From positions 1 through 47,337 of IMG/VR virus record IMGVR_UViG_3300044233_000745: DNA of 47,337 nucleotides. One strand, given 5' to 3'. The first letter of the stretch is position 1; each line of letters starts with the position of its first letter. Positions 8,839-16,952 of this stretch are shown here, in pieces. A program made the position numbers and the translations under genes. The notes beneath the pieces are model-generated. The model saw only the letters and a list, made by a program, of their open reading frames with translations, made no database searches and had not been told where the DNA came from. Source of the DNA: a virus (lineage: Duplodnaviria; Caudoviricetes).

Positions 8839-10599
8839 CTAACCTTGACATGCGACACATTCTTCTTGTGATTGCTCTCCGAACTCTACGAGTCGATCTC
8901 GTTCAATCTTTTGTGCGACATTCTCCGCACGATTTGATGTTTCAGTTCTCAAATAATACAGACCTTTGCATCCATACTTCCATGCATTGTAATGCACTGT
9001 GTGAATATACTGACGACTTGCACCTGCTGGAAAAAACACATTGAGTGACTGCCCCTGACACAGATACCGTTGCCTTGAACCACCAAGATACACAATCCAA
9101 TCTTGGTTTAGTTCGATTGCAGTTTTGAACACTGCTTTGAGATGCTCGTCCAGAAAATCAAGATGCTGAACCGAACCGCCATTGGTAATGATAGACGACC
9201 AAATTTCTTGCGTGTCTTTACCAATCTTTGCGAGTTCTTCTTGTAAATACTTATTCTTTATCAAATGCGATCCCGCACGAGTACGAGATGTAAACGCATT
9301 TGCTTTCCACGGTTCAATTGATGGTGAAGTGTTGCCAATCAACGACGAATTGGCATTTGGTGCAATCGCAAGAAGGTGTGCGTTTCGTCGCCCTGTCCCT
9401 TCCATATCTGGTGCTTCACCACGTTCTTTACCTAATACTAATGTTTCGGCAATTGCCTCATTCTGAATATGTTTGAAAATAATATCATTGACTCCCCGTG
9501 CCTTTTCACTTTCAAATGCGACACGGTGCTGTTGTAGATACGAATGGAACCCCATCGCACCCAAACCTAAACTTCTTTCTTGAGTTGCACTATAACGTGC
9601 CTTTGAGATTTCGTCTCCTGCGTGGTCAATGAAAAACTGCAAGACGTTATCAAGAAAGCGAATGAGATCACGAACAATAGTGGTATCCTTCCACTCATCA
9701 AATCTCTCCAAATTGAGTGACGACAGACAGCAAACTGCTGAACGATCATCACTTGTCGGTAAATGAATTTCGTTACACAGGTTTGAACCATGAATCTTCA
9801 ATCCTTTCTTTTTCATAGTTTCTGGTAGATATGCGTTTGCGGTATCAATAAAGTTGAGATATGGTTCACCTGTTCTGTATCGTGTCTCCAGTAGTGTTTC
9901 CCACAAGTACCTTGCACGGAGTGTATCACGCACTTCACCAGAGTCAGGATCAATAAGTTCCCAGTGAGCATCTGCTTGTATAGCGACCATGAATTTGTTC
10001 GTGATATTGACTGCGTGATGTAAGTTCAAACACTTACGATTGACATCACCTGTGGGAACACGCATATTCATGAACTCTACAATATCGGGATGGTCAATGT
10101 CAATGTATGCAGCATACGACCCTTTACGGGTTCTACCTTGGCGATACGCCACCATATCAGCATCCACTGTGTGCAAGAATGGCATAGGTCCGGGTGCTTT
10201 CTCAGACACCGCACGAACGTCAGACCAGTGTCCACCAACACCACCACCCTTGACCGACAACCAACGGAGTTCTGCCGAATGCTCAATCAGTCCATCTAGC
10301 GAATCTGGCACATAAGTAAGGAAGCATGAAATCGGTAGTGCTCTGATTTTTTCTCCAGGCATCGGTGCATTTGACAACACAGGTGACGAAAACATAAACC
10401 AACCCTTTGACGCACCATCATAAATGCGTTGTGCCAACTCCATGTCACCATAGGCATAGGCAACAGCAGCACGAGCAAATGCGTGTTGAGGAGTTTCGTC
10501 GTTGATGCAGTAGTAGTCAGTGAGTAGTTTGTATCCTTGTTCAGATAAAATAGAGTCGCGGGACGGATCAATCTTGATCCCAAGATATTCTTCGGTCAT
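8839..10599 (-). CDS. nrdA: ribonucleotide reductase alpha subunit (no ATP cone)
   Basis: ISCF, SNLCNEI, LYYLR and C-terminal CVAC. Confidence 0.95.
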   Translation of the reverse strand: MTEEYLGIKIDPSRDSILSEQGYKLLTDYYCINDETPQHAFARAAVAYAYGDMELAQRIYDGASKGWFMFSSPVLSNAPMPGEKIRALPISCFLTYVPDSLDGLIEHSAELRWLSVKGGGVGGHWSDVRAVSEKAPGPMPFLHTVDADMVAYRQGRTRKGSYAAYIDIDHPDIVEFMNMRVPTGDVNRKCLNLHHAVNITNKFMVAIQADAHWELIDPDSGEVRDTLRARYLWETLLETRYRTGEPYLNFIDTANAYLPETMKKKGLKIHGSNLCNEIHLPTSDDRSAVCCLSSLNLERFDEWKDTTIVRDLIRFLDNVLQFFIDHAGDEISKARYSATQERSLGLGAMGFHSYLQQHRVAFESEKARGVNDIIFKHIQNEAIAETLVLGKERGEAPDMEGTGRRNAHLLAIAPNANSSLIGNTSPSIEPWKANAFTSRTRAGSHLIKNKYLQEELAKIGKDTQEIWSSIITNGGSVQHLDFLDEHLKAVFKTAIELNQDWIVYLGGSRQRYLCQGQSLNVFFPAGASRQYIHTVHYNAWKYGCKGLYYLRTETSNRAENVAQKIERDRLVEFGEQSQEECVACQG

Positions 10600-10609
10600 T
10601 TGTTATCCT

Positions 10610-11275
10610 TTACTTTACGAGTTTGATTGCCATAGGGAACACTTCACTGATTACATGGGCACACGCCTTTGCTATTTCCATATGTTCTTTTTGTGTTCCA
10701 TTCGCACTTCGTAGTTCAATATAGTGAATCCAAGACCGTAATGTTCCATTCATATACATGCGAGACTTTGTTAGTCCTTCTGGTAGGACTGCTCGTGCTT
10801 GCTCTTTTGCAATGCCGTTTTCAATTGCCCAACGATATGCTTTTCGTGATTCAATGATGACTCGCTCTTGGGCAAGCACCCATTCTGTTTTTAGATTTAC
10901 ATCGTCGGTTTCAACTGAGTTTTGACGGTTCTTTTCGTCTTGCAATCTCGCTTCGCGGATTTCAAAATCAAGGTCTTTTGTAGGGTCAGCATAACGCTGA
11001 CTAAACTCTTGGAAAGAAAACGATCTATGCCGCAGAATCTGTCGAGCAATGTCCCTTGTCGTTTCTATTTCCATACATGCAGAAACCATTTCAAGTGGTG
11101 ACCAATGAGCGTGTTTCACCAAATAGTTGATTAACTTTTCACTGGTTTCTGTGTTCAACTGATTGCTTGGGTTTGATACCCTCGCACAATAAGCAATAAG
11201 TTCTTGCACATCATCTATTCCCTGATCTTCATACTCCTGAGTTGGAGTCGAAAAACTGATCAGTTTTACATTCAT
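10610..11275 (-). CDS. thyX: FAD-dependent thymidylate synthase
   Basis: HWSPLE and RHRSFSFQEFSQRY signature. Confidence 0.96.
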   Translation of the reverse strand: MNVKLISFSTPTQEYEDQGIDDVQELIAYCARVSNPSNQLNTETSEKLINYLVKHAHWSPLEMVSACMEIETTRDIARQILRHRSFSFQEFSQRYADPTKDLDFEIREARLQDEKNRQNSVETDDVNLKTEWVLAQERVIIESRKAYRWAIENGIAKEQARAVLPEGLTKSRMYMNGTLRSWIHYIELRSANGTQKEHMEIAKACAHVISEVFPMAIKLVK

Positions 11276-11285
11276 TAACTTATCC

Positions 11286-12305
11286 TTATATCTTTTTCCA
11301 ATCACGGATTGCGAGTCGCAATGCCAGATCATGATGAGTGTTTTTATTTATTAAAGAGGTGATCTCTTCGGGTGTAAATCCTTCCAGTATCATATCATTA
11401 ATATCTTTCGATTTGATATTTGACGGATAAACGAATACAGAAAACCCCCACTTACATGCCTTTTCAATCAAAGCAATCAGGTCTTTGTTTCTGGGTTGAT
11501 TATCAAACACCAATGTGACCATGCCCTTTGGTAGCATCTTCATTGCTTTAACCAAGTCCGAACCACCGCAAGCAACAGCATTCGGGAGGAACATACTATC
11601 TATAGGTCCCTCCACCACATAGATTGGTTCCGTTGTGTCAATGGACTCAAGACCATAAATCAAGGGGTCATTGTTGGTGAGTCGGACTGTAACATATCTA
11701 GTTTTACTTCCACTAATGGATCGACCCTGAATACCAATGAGTTGTCCATCACGATTTCTAAAAGGTATAACAATGCGTTTATCATTTAATAGTCTCCCTT
11801 CGTATACATCAGGACGTAGATTCTCTAACATCGAGTAATCTTCTGCGTAAAATAAATCGTGCCACTTTTCTTCTGGGATACGTCTTGTCTGTACATACAA
11901 TACAGCAGGATGGGCAGACGGTAGATCAGACAATCGCATCGTATATTTCAATAAGTCACCATCGTCTTTGTGTGTTGACTTAGGGGCAAAGGACGGTGTA
12001 TAATCTGTGTTTGCTATACGACGACCACTGTGCCTCTCAGCAAAGGTTTCGGTGTTGTATTGCTGATACAGATTTGGGTCAACTTGCTCAATTAGTTTAC
12101 TGAGATGCCCTGAGAATCCACAGTTGTGGCACTTATAAAATAGACCATTGTCGCCCTCAAACAAGTACCCCCGTGCCTTGTGTCTATTTTTAGAGGAATC
12201 TCCACAGATAGGGCAACGAAAATTGTACAGTTTGTCTGACTTGCGACTAAAACGGTTTAGTTTTGAGGACAGAAGTCCGATATATTTGTGATCAATCCAT
12301 AACAT
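11286..12305 (-). CDS. gp61: DNA primase
   Basis: CPICGDS...CHNC zinc finger, VEGPIDS TOPRIM motif, DN and KDIND; start placed at MLWID. Confidence 0.95.
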   Translation of the reverse strand: MLWIDHKYIGLLSSKLNRFSRKSDKLYNFRCPICGDSSKNRHKARGYLFEGDNGLFYKCHNCGFSGHLSKLIEQVDPNLYQQYNTETFAERHSGRRIANTDYTPSFAPKSTHKDDGDLLKYTMRLSDLPSAHPAVLYVQTRRIPEEKWHDLFYAEDYSMLENLRPDVYEGRLLNDKRIVIPFRNRDGQLIGIQGRSISGSKTRYVTVRLTNNDPLIYGLESIDTTEPIYVVEGPIDSMFLPNAVACGGSDLVKAMKMLPKGMVTLVFDNQPRNKDLIALIEKACKWGFSVFVYPSNIKSKDINDMILEGFTPEEITSLINKNTHHDLALRLAIRDWKKI

Positions 12306-12312
12306 GGAGACC

Positions 12313-12341
12313 ATTATACAGATTTATGGAGAGTGTGTCAA
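12313..12341 (-). promoter_or_regulatory. perfect sigma70 promoter TTGACA-17-TATAAT, 7 nt before primase ATG
   Basis: Exact consensus; no SD between -10 and ATG. Confidence 0.85.
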
Positions 12342-12667
12342 GAGAAGAAACGTTTGAATATTTCCATTTGTGCTAATATAAACCCAACCGTAGCGGCAAT
12401 ACCAGTAATAAACCACTTGCTTTGTTCAATACGTTTGACTCGCTCAGAAAGCACAGCAAGTTTCGATTTAATTTCTTCATCATCTTCGGACTGTTGCTCG
12501 ATGTGTGCTTGTTGCATCAGCACCATCTTATCCAAACTTGTGGTGAGGTCTGACAATTTGTCGATTGTCACATCCAACTTCTCTACAACCTTCTGAAGTC
12601 CTTCGACTTCTTTCTTCATGACCGCAATGTCTGTGTGGATGCTATTTGGTTCTTCAAACGCCATCAC
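12338..12667 (-). CDS. coiled-coil protein with C-terminal TM (possible lysis/holin-like)
   Basis: Heptad pattern, WFITGIAATVGFILA hydrophobic tail; follows the spanins. Confidence 0.6.
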   Translation of the reverse strand: MMAFEEPNSIHTDIAVMKKEVEGLQKVVEKLDVTIDKLSDLTTSLDKMVLMQQAHIEQQSEDDEEIKSKLAVLSERVKRIEQSKWFITGIAATVGFILAQMEIFKRFFS

Positions 12668-13098
12668 TGTGCCTTTTGGGGTTCTTGTTCTTGTGTAGTA
12701 TTTAGGTCTGTGACACTCACTGCACGTTCGTAGTATACTATTATTTCGGTTTGTTGATTCAAATACCTACGGAGTTCTGCAATATTCAATGCAAGATTTT
12801 CATAGTCTTTAATTGCTAACGCAACATACACTAATTTACCATTTTCTTTGGTAAACTCTTTAACAAACTCATCATAGTTTTCTTTGTTAACAACGTAAAC
12901 ACGAGTATCAATTAGACTCAGTGGTTTCGGTCTGGGGACTATCGGAACTGTCGTCTTCTCGATTTTGGTTACCACCTTGATCTCTGGTTCCGGTTTTGTC
13001 CCCCAAGGAAAAAGACTGCAACCAGTGAGGAAGAGGGGTGTCACCATCACCGCCAGAATCTTTCTCCAAGTCCCTCCATAAGTTTGCTGTCGCACCAT
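12664..13098 (-). CDS. lipoprotein, putative o-spanin
   Basis: Lipobox LTGC after a hydrophobic signal; Pro-rich; overlaps the i-spanin candidate. Confidence 0.7.
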   Translation of the reverse strand: MVRQQTYGGTWRKILAVMVTPLFLTGCSLFPWGTKPEPEIKVVTKIEKTTVPIVPRPKPLSLIDTRVYVVNKENYDEFVKEFTKENGKLVYVALAIKDYENLALNIAELRRYLNQQTEIIVYYERAVSVTDLNTTQEQEPQKAQ

Positions 13099-13417
13099 TC
13101 ATTTTCCCTTCAAGTAAAGCAGGTTTCTTTATTGCTAATGCAGTAAGGTTGTGTCGTCTTAGTTTTGACTGTAACTCATCACCGTACTGTTCTGCTTTTT
13201 GTAAATCTGTTTGTAGTCTTTTATTTTCTTCCGAAAATTTTGCTATATTTTTTTGCAAATATTTGATGCTTTCCTCACTTGTGTCTAATACAAGTTCAAG
13301 TTTTGCATTATTTTCTTTAAGAACTTCGACTCGTTCTTGCAAATCAGTCACATATGTATAACCACCAAAACCGACACCACCTAATATAGAAAGCAATAAT
13401 AATACCACATATATCAT
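12908..13417 (-). CDS. putative i-spanin
   Basis: Single N-terminal TM plus long coiled coil; 3' end overlaps the lipoprotein gene. Confidence 0.7.
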   Translation of the reverse strand: MIYVVLLLLSILGGVGFGGYTYVTDLQERVEVLKENNAKLELVLDTSEESIKYLQKNIAKFSEENKRLQTDLQKAEQYGDELQSKLRRHNLTALAIKKPALLEGKMNGATANLWRDLEKDSGGDGDTPLPHWLQSFSLGDKTGTRDQGGNQNREDDSSDSPQTETTESN

Positions 13418-13419
13418 AA

Positions 13420-14619
13420 CTAGTCCACTCTTAATTCAGGATCAAGAGTCTTAAATCCTTTTTTACGCATTACTGTCTTTGCGACCAAATCAATCTCTTG
13501 ATTCTTCGGATCATACTTTAGAACAAATGGCATATTGACATCTGTTTTCATATCCTTGATGACTGCTTCGGCATCAGGATTCATATCCGAAATTTTTTTA
13601 CCGTGCTTGGCATATGACTGTTTGAATAATCGTGTTAATTCTGCTGTCGTAATTTGCTTTTTGTTTCTCTCATCATTCACTCTATCTAAAAAGTGACGAG
13701 TAAAATTGACATCTATGCCAACTTTTGCAAACAACTTATCGGCATACTTTTCAATCTGATCTAAGTCTGATCTGGTGATTTGTCGTTCCTCAGTAAATGT
13801 CTTGAGTGACATGACCTTACGACCTATAGTGTTTGCTTGTGCTTTGTTGCGTTCTTTGTATTTTTTGTGTGCCGATGGTGGCACTTTTAGATCAGAGGGA
13901 GTAAGACCCGCTATACCTGATGTATTTGTTGAAGGTGCATCTTCATTTTGTTTTTTTCGTTTTTTTGTAATTTCTTTCATTTTATTAATATATGTGCGAT
14001 AAACATCTGCTGCACTATTTTTACCCGCAACACGAGCACGTTGCTCCATCGCAACTGCCGCTTGAATCTTGTGTGCATGAGTACGATCAGACTTGTCAAT
14101 TTTTTTGACACTCTCCTCTGCGTCTTTAGTAGTTGCAAACTTCAATCCATGAATTGTGCCTTCAGGGTCTTCGTCTGTGTATAAGTCGGAGTGCTTGTTG
14201 CTTTTAGTGGGTTGTCCCTTCTTTTTAGGAATACGAGGTTCCTCCATAATCATTTCACTTAGTTTTATTGGCATATCTTTTTTGAGTTCTCGTAAATTCT
14301 TTTTCCACGCTTGTTCAATAAGATAGTGATTATCCACTATTTTTTCAATTTCTTCACGTTCTTTGATAAGCAACAATGCGGCAGCATAAGAACCCAAACG
14401 TGTTCTACCACCCGGAATCTTTTCTATAAGTCGTTTGATGTTGAAAACAAATCGGTCAATCAAATCATATGCATCTTTTTCTTCGGATGTGCTTGGCGAA
14501 CGGAGTTTCTTTCCACGTTCGTCAATGAGTCCCAATGCATATGCTTCGGTTTCATCGAATGGAGTAGTCAGTCGCTTTAGCAACTGATAGATTACAAATA
14601 AATCGACTGCCTTTGCCAT
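13420..14619 (-). CDS. multidomain virion-associated protein
   Basis: N-terminal T4-like structural domain, inserted HSDLYTDEDP domain, C-terminal FTRHFLDR domain. Confidence 0.7.
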   Translation of the reverse strand: MAKAVDLFVIYQLLKRLTTPFDETEAYALGLIDERGKKLRSPSTSEEKDAYDLIDRFVFNIKRLIEKIPGGRTRLGSYAAALLLIKEREEIEKIVDNHYLIEQAWKKNLRELKKDMPIKLSEMIMEEPRIPKKKGQPTKSNKHSDLYTDEDPEGTIHGLKFATTKDAEESVKKIDKSDRTHAHKIQAAVAMEQRARVAGKNSAADVYRTYINKMKEITKKRKKQNEDAPSTNTSGIAGLTPSDLKVPPSAHKKYKERNKAQANTIGRKVMSLKTFTEERQITRSDLDQIEKYADKLFAKVGIDVNFTRHFLDRVNDERNKKQITTAELTRLFKQSYAKHGKKISDMNPDAEAVIKDMKTDVNMPFVLKYDPKNQEIDLVAKTVMRKKGFKTLDPELRVD

Positions 14620-15014
14620 TAGATTTTACTCAATATTGCCTCTATTGTTGGATCGGAAACAACTACATTGCAATCGATATCAATCCCTTCTGGTCCTACC
14701 CCATACACTACGTTGGGTAACCTTCCAATCAAATCCATGAATGGTTTAATAAACTCTAAATATTCGTATAATCGATAGAACAACATTCGTGTCATCGCAT
14801 CTCCATCAAATACATTATATAAAACGACCAAGTGATTCAGTATTAGTCGTTCTTTTAGTTCACCTCCGACCTCATACTTTCGTAACAATCGTTTGATGTA
14901 CTTAATTCTGTTTAAGTCTTCTTGGAATTCTGCATCATCTACACAACTAGGATTCTCATATGCTTTTGCTGCGAATAATAAAAAATTGCCATCGTCTAAT
15001 GTGTCAAATCTCAC
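14619..15014 (-). CDS. conserved T4-like hypothetical/virion protein
   Basis: ERLILNHLVVLYNVF motif; located in the late block. Confidence 0.7.
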   Translation of the reverse strand: MRFDTLDDGNFLLFAAKAYENPSCVDDAEFQEDLNRIKYIKRLLRKYEVGGELKERLILNHLVVLYNVFDGDAMTRMLFYRLYEYLEFIKPFMDLIGRLPNVVYGVGPEGIDIDCNVVVSDPTIEAILSKI

Positions 15015-15016
15015 AA

Positions 15017-15214
15017 TTATTTTTTTCCAAGTTCACCTTTGTTTTTTGAACCATCAGCACGGGGAATCAATCCCCGTGCCTTCAGTCGAGCAAGTGCCGT
15101 AGCACCAATGTTCTCACCTCTTTTATACTTAGCAAGCATCTTATCAAGGTGAGATTTCATCTCCTTACCCTTGAACTTGAGGTCTGCCTCAACAAACTCA
15201 CGAAAAGTTATCAT
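15017..15214 (-). CDS. small basic putative internal head protein
   Basis: N-terminus MITFREFVEA resembles the T4 capsid-targeting sequence. Confidence 0.65.
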   Translation of the reverse strand: MITFREFVEADLKFKGKEMKSHLDKMLAKYKRGENIGATALARLKARGLIPRADGSKNKGELGKK

Positions 15215-15636
15215 GAAGCAAACGTACTCAGTGCAACTCGTTTGATGACTGTGTTAGACACTGCAACATACAAGAAATTCTCATCATAAAATATTGAACC
15301 TTGATTCACAGGGTCATTAGAACCAAACTGCGTTGTTGCATTATTTGATGTCACTGTCACTTTGTTTGAAACAATTACACGATTCGTGTTTGCAATCGGT
15401 GCTGAATTGAACACCGTATTCGCATTGAATACTGAGCGATTACCACGGAAGTTGGTATTTGCTGCAGAAACAAAACGACCCGTAATTGTTGTGTTGGCAG
15501 GAACTGTACCAAAGAAGTTTGTTACTGTAACTTTCTTTGATACAGGAGTTCCTGTCGCATCGTCAACAATATAGAGCAAATCACTATCGGCAGTTGTGGT
15601 CAACTCTGTGAGTTGTGTTACCTTTTTATCTGCCAT
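15211..15636 (-). CDS. virion structural protein
   Basis: MADKKVTQLTEL start; T/N/V-rich; YDENFLYVAV...KRVAL end. Confidence 0.7.
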   Translation of the reverse strand: MADKKVTQLTELTTTADSDLLYIVDDATGTPVSKKVTVTNFFGTVPANTTITGRFVSAANTNFRGNRSVFNANTVFNSAPIANTNRVIVSNKVTVTSNNATTQFGSNDPVNQGSIFYDENFLYVAVSNTVIKRVALSTFAS

Positions 15637-15647
15637 TTCATTTCACC

Positions 15648-16373
15648 TTATTTGGAAACATTGAATGTAGTAATAACTTGACCTTCACCATCACAGACAC
15701 TATTTGCAACCGCACCAGTGATTACCAAGTTTGCTGCTAAAGTAATGCCATCGTCTGGGTTGTACAATGGGTTACCACCACCAGCAACAGAAATTGACTG
15801 TGCGTTGACTTGGTAAGTAGCATCTGCACCAGACCCATCAGCACCACCTTGTAATTTGCCACGGAATATAATTGTATTGTTCGCACCTACCAACAAACGA
15901 TTTGCGTGTGCACCATTGTTGTTTGCTGTGAATACTGCATGGTTACCACCAACTGTGTTCGCAAGTGTTAGTGTCAAGTTGTTACCAGACGCACCTCCCG
16001 CAAATACAACAGGTGAGTTGAATACAACATAGACATTGGCGACTGCGTTAGCAGTCAACTTCCCATCAGCATCTAACCTAAGATATACTTGGTGAATGTC
16101 TGGAAATTCAAGATAAGGATTAGATGTATAATCCTTACCTGATACACCTGGGTTTGCTGCAACAAGAACTTCTTCTTGCTGACGAGTATTTCCGTGTGTG
16201 TCAACTTTCGTTACACGACGAACCCAACCCTTGCTTGTTGCGATGACATTCCGTTTCGACTTGAAATTACTTTCTTGGGGAAACGGAGTATGTCCTGTTT
16301 TATAGAACACTGCGCTATTGGCAGCACCAGTAGCAGATGTGTTCTTTTCGTGGTCAAATCTCCACTTTGGCAT
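15648..16373 (-). CDS. virion structural protein (beta-rich)
   Basis: GWVRR motif; G/A/N/T-rich composition. Confidence 0.65.
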   Translation of the reverse strand: MPKWRFDHEKNTSATGAANSAVFYKTGHTPFPQESNFKSKRNVIATSKGWVRRVTKVDTHGNTRQQEEVLVAANPGVSGKDYTSNPYLEFPDIHQVYLRLDADGKLTANAVANVYVVFNSPVVFAGGASGNNLTLTLANTVGGNHAVFTANNNGAHANRLLVGANNTIIFRGKLQGGADGSGADATYQVNAQSISVAGGGNPLYNPDDGITLAANLVITGAVANSVCDGEGQVITTFNVSK

Positions 16374-16424
16374 TTTGCTTTTCCTCGCTTTTCGTTATAC
16401 TAAGAACTACTCGACATGATGTAG

Positions 16425-16952
16425 TTATAAACCCAACTTCTTGAGTTCAGCAATAGTTCTGTCTTTATTTATGTGTTGGATACCTATTCCACCACGGTCT
16501 TCAAACTCACGAATATTCTTTATATAGTCATCAATCAATATGTTTGGGCGACCTTTACGATTTGTTGCATAGTCTGCTTTTTCGGCACGTTGCACAAGGT
16601 TCACCCGACTTCTTGGCAATTTTAGGTTGCGTTTACACCAATCGTATTTGCCTAGTATGCTGTTCTTATCCCATTTGGCATATGCTGATAGAATCTGTGG
16701 ATTATATTTACGACAATATTCAAAAGCATCCATTCCATCCATTGTTTTCAAATCATACCAAAACCGACTATTTTGATGGATTTCATTTTTTATTTCTGCC
16801 TTTGCGCCATCGACCACTTGCGGTGCGGTGAAGTCTTTACCAGTGGTTTCCTTCACACCCCGCAAAAAATCAGCAAGTACCCCATCCATATCAAAATAAA
16901 TTATTTGGTCTTTACCATTAAACTCTTCAAAGAGGTACTTGAACAATCTCAT
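16425..16952 (-). CDS. HAD-family 5'(3')-deoxyribonucleotidase-like phosphatase
   Basis: FDMDGVLADF and LIDD motifs; CTS-like N-terminus MRLFKYLFEE. Confidence 0.85.
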   Translation of the reverse strand: MRLFKYLFEEFNGKDQIIYFDMDGVLADFLRGVKETTGKDFTAPQVVDGAKAEIKNEIHQNSRFWYDLKTMDGMDAFEYCRKYNPQILSAYAKWDKNSILGKYDWCKRNLKLPRSRVNLVQRAEKADYATNRKGRPNILIDDYIKNIREFEDRGGIGIQHINKDRTIAELKKLGL

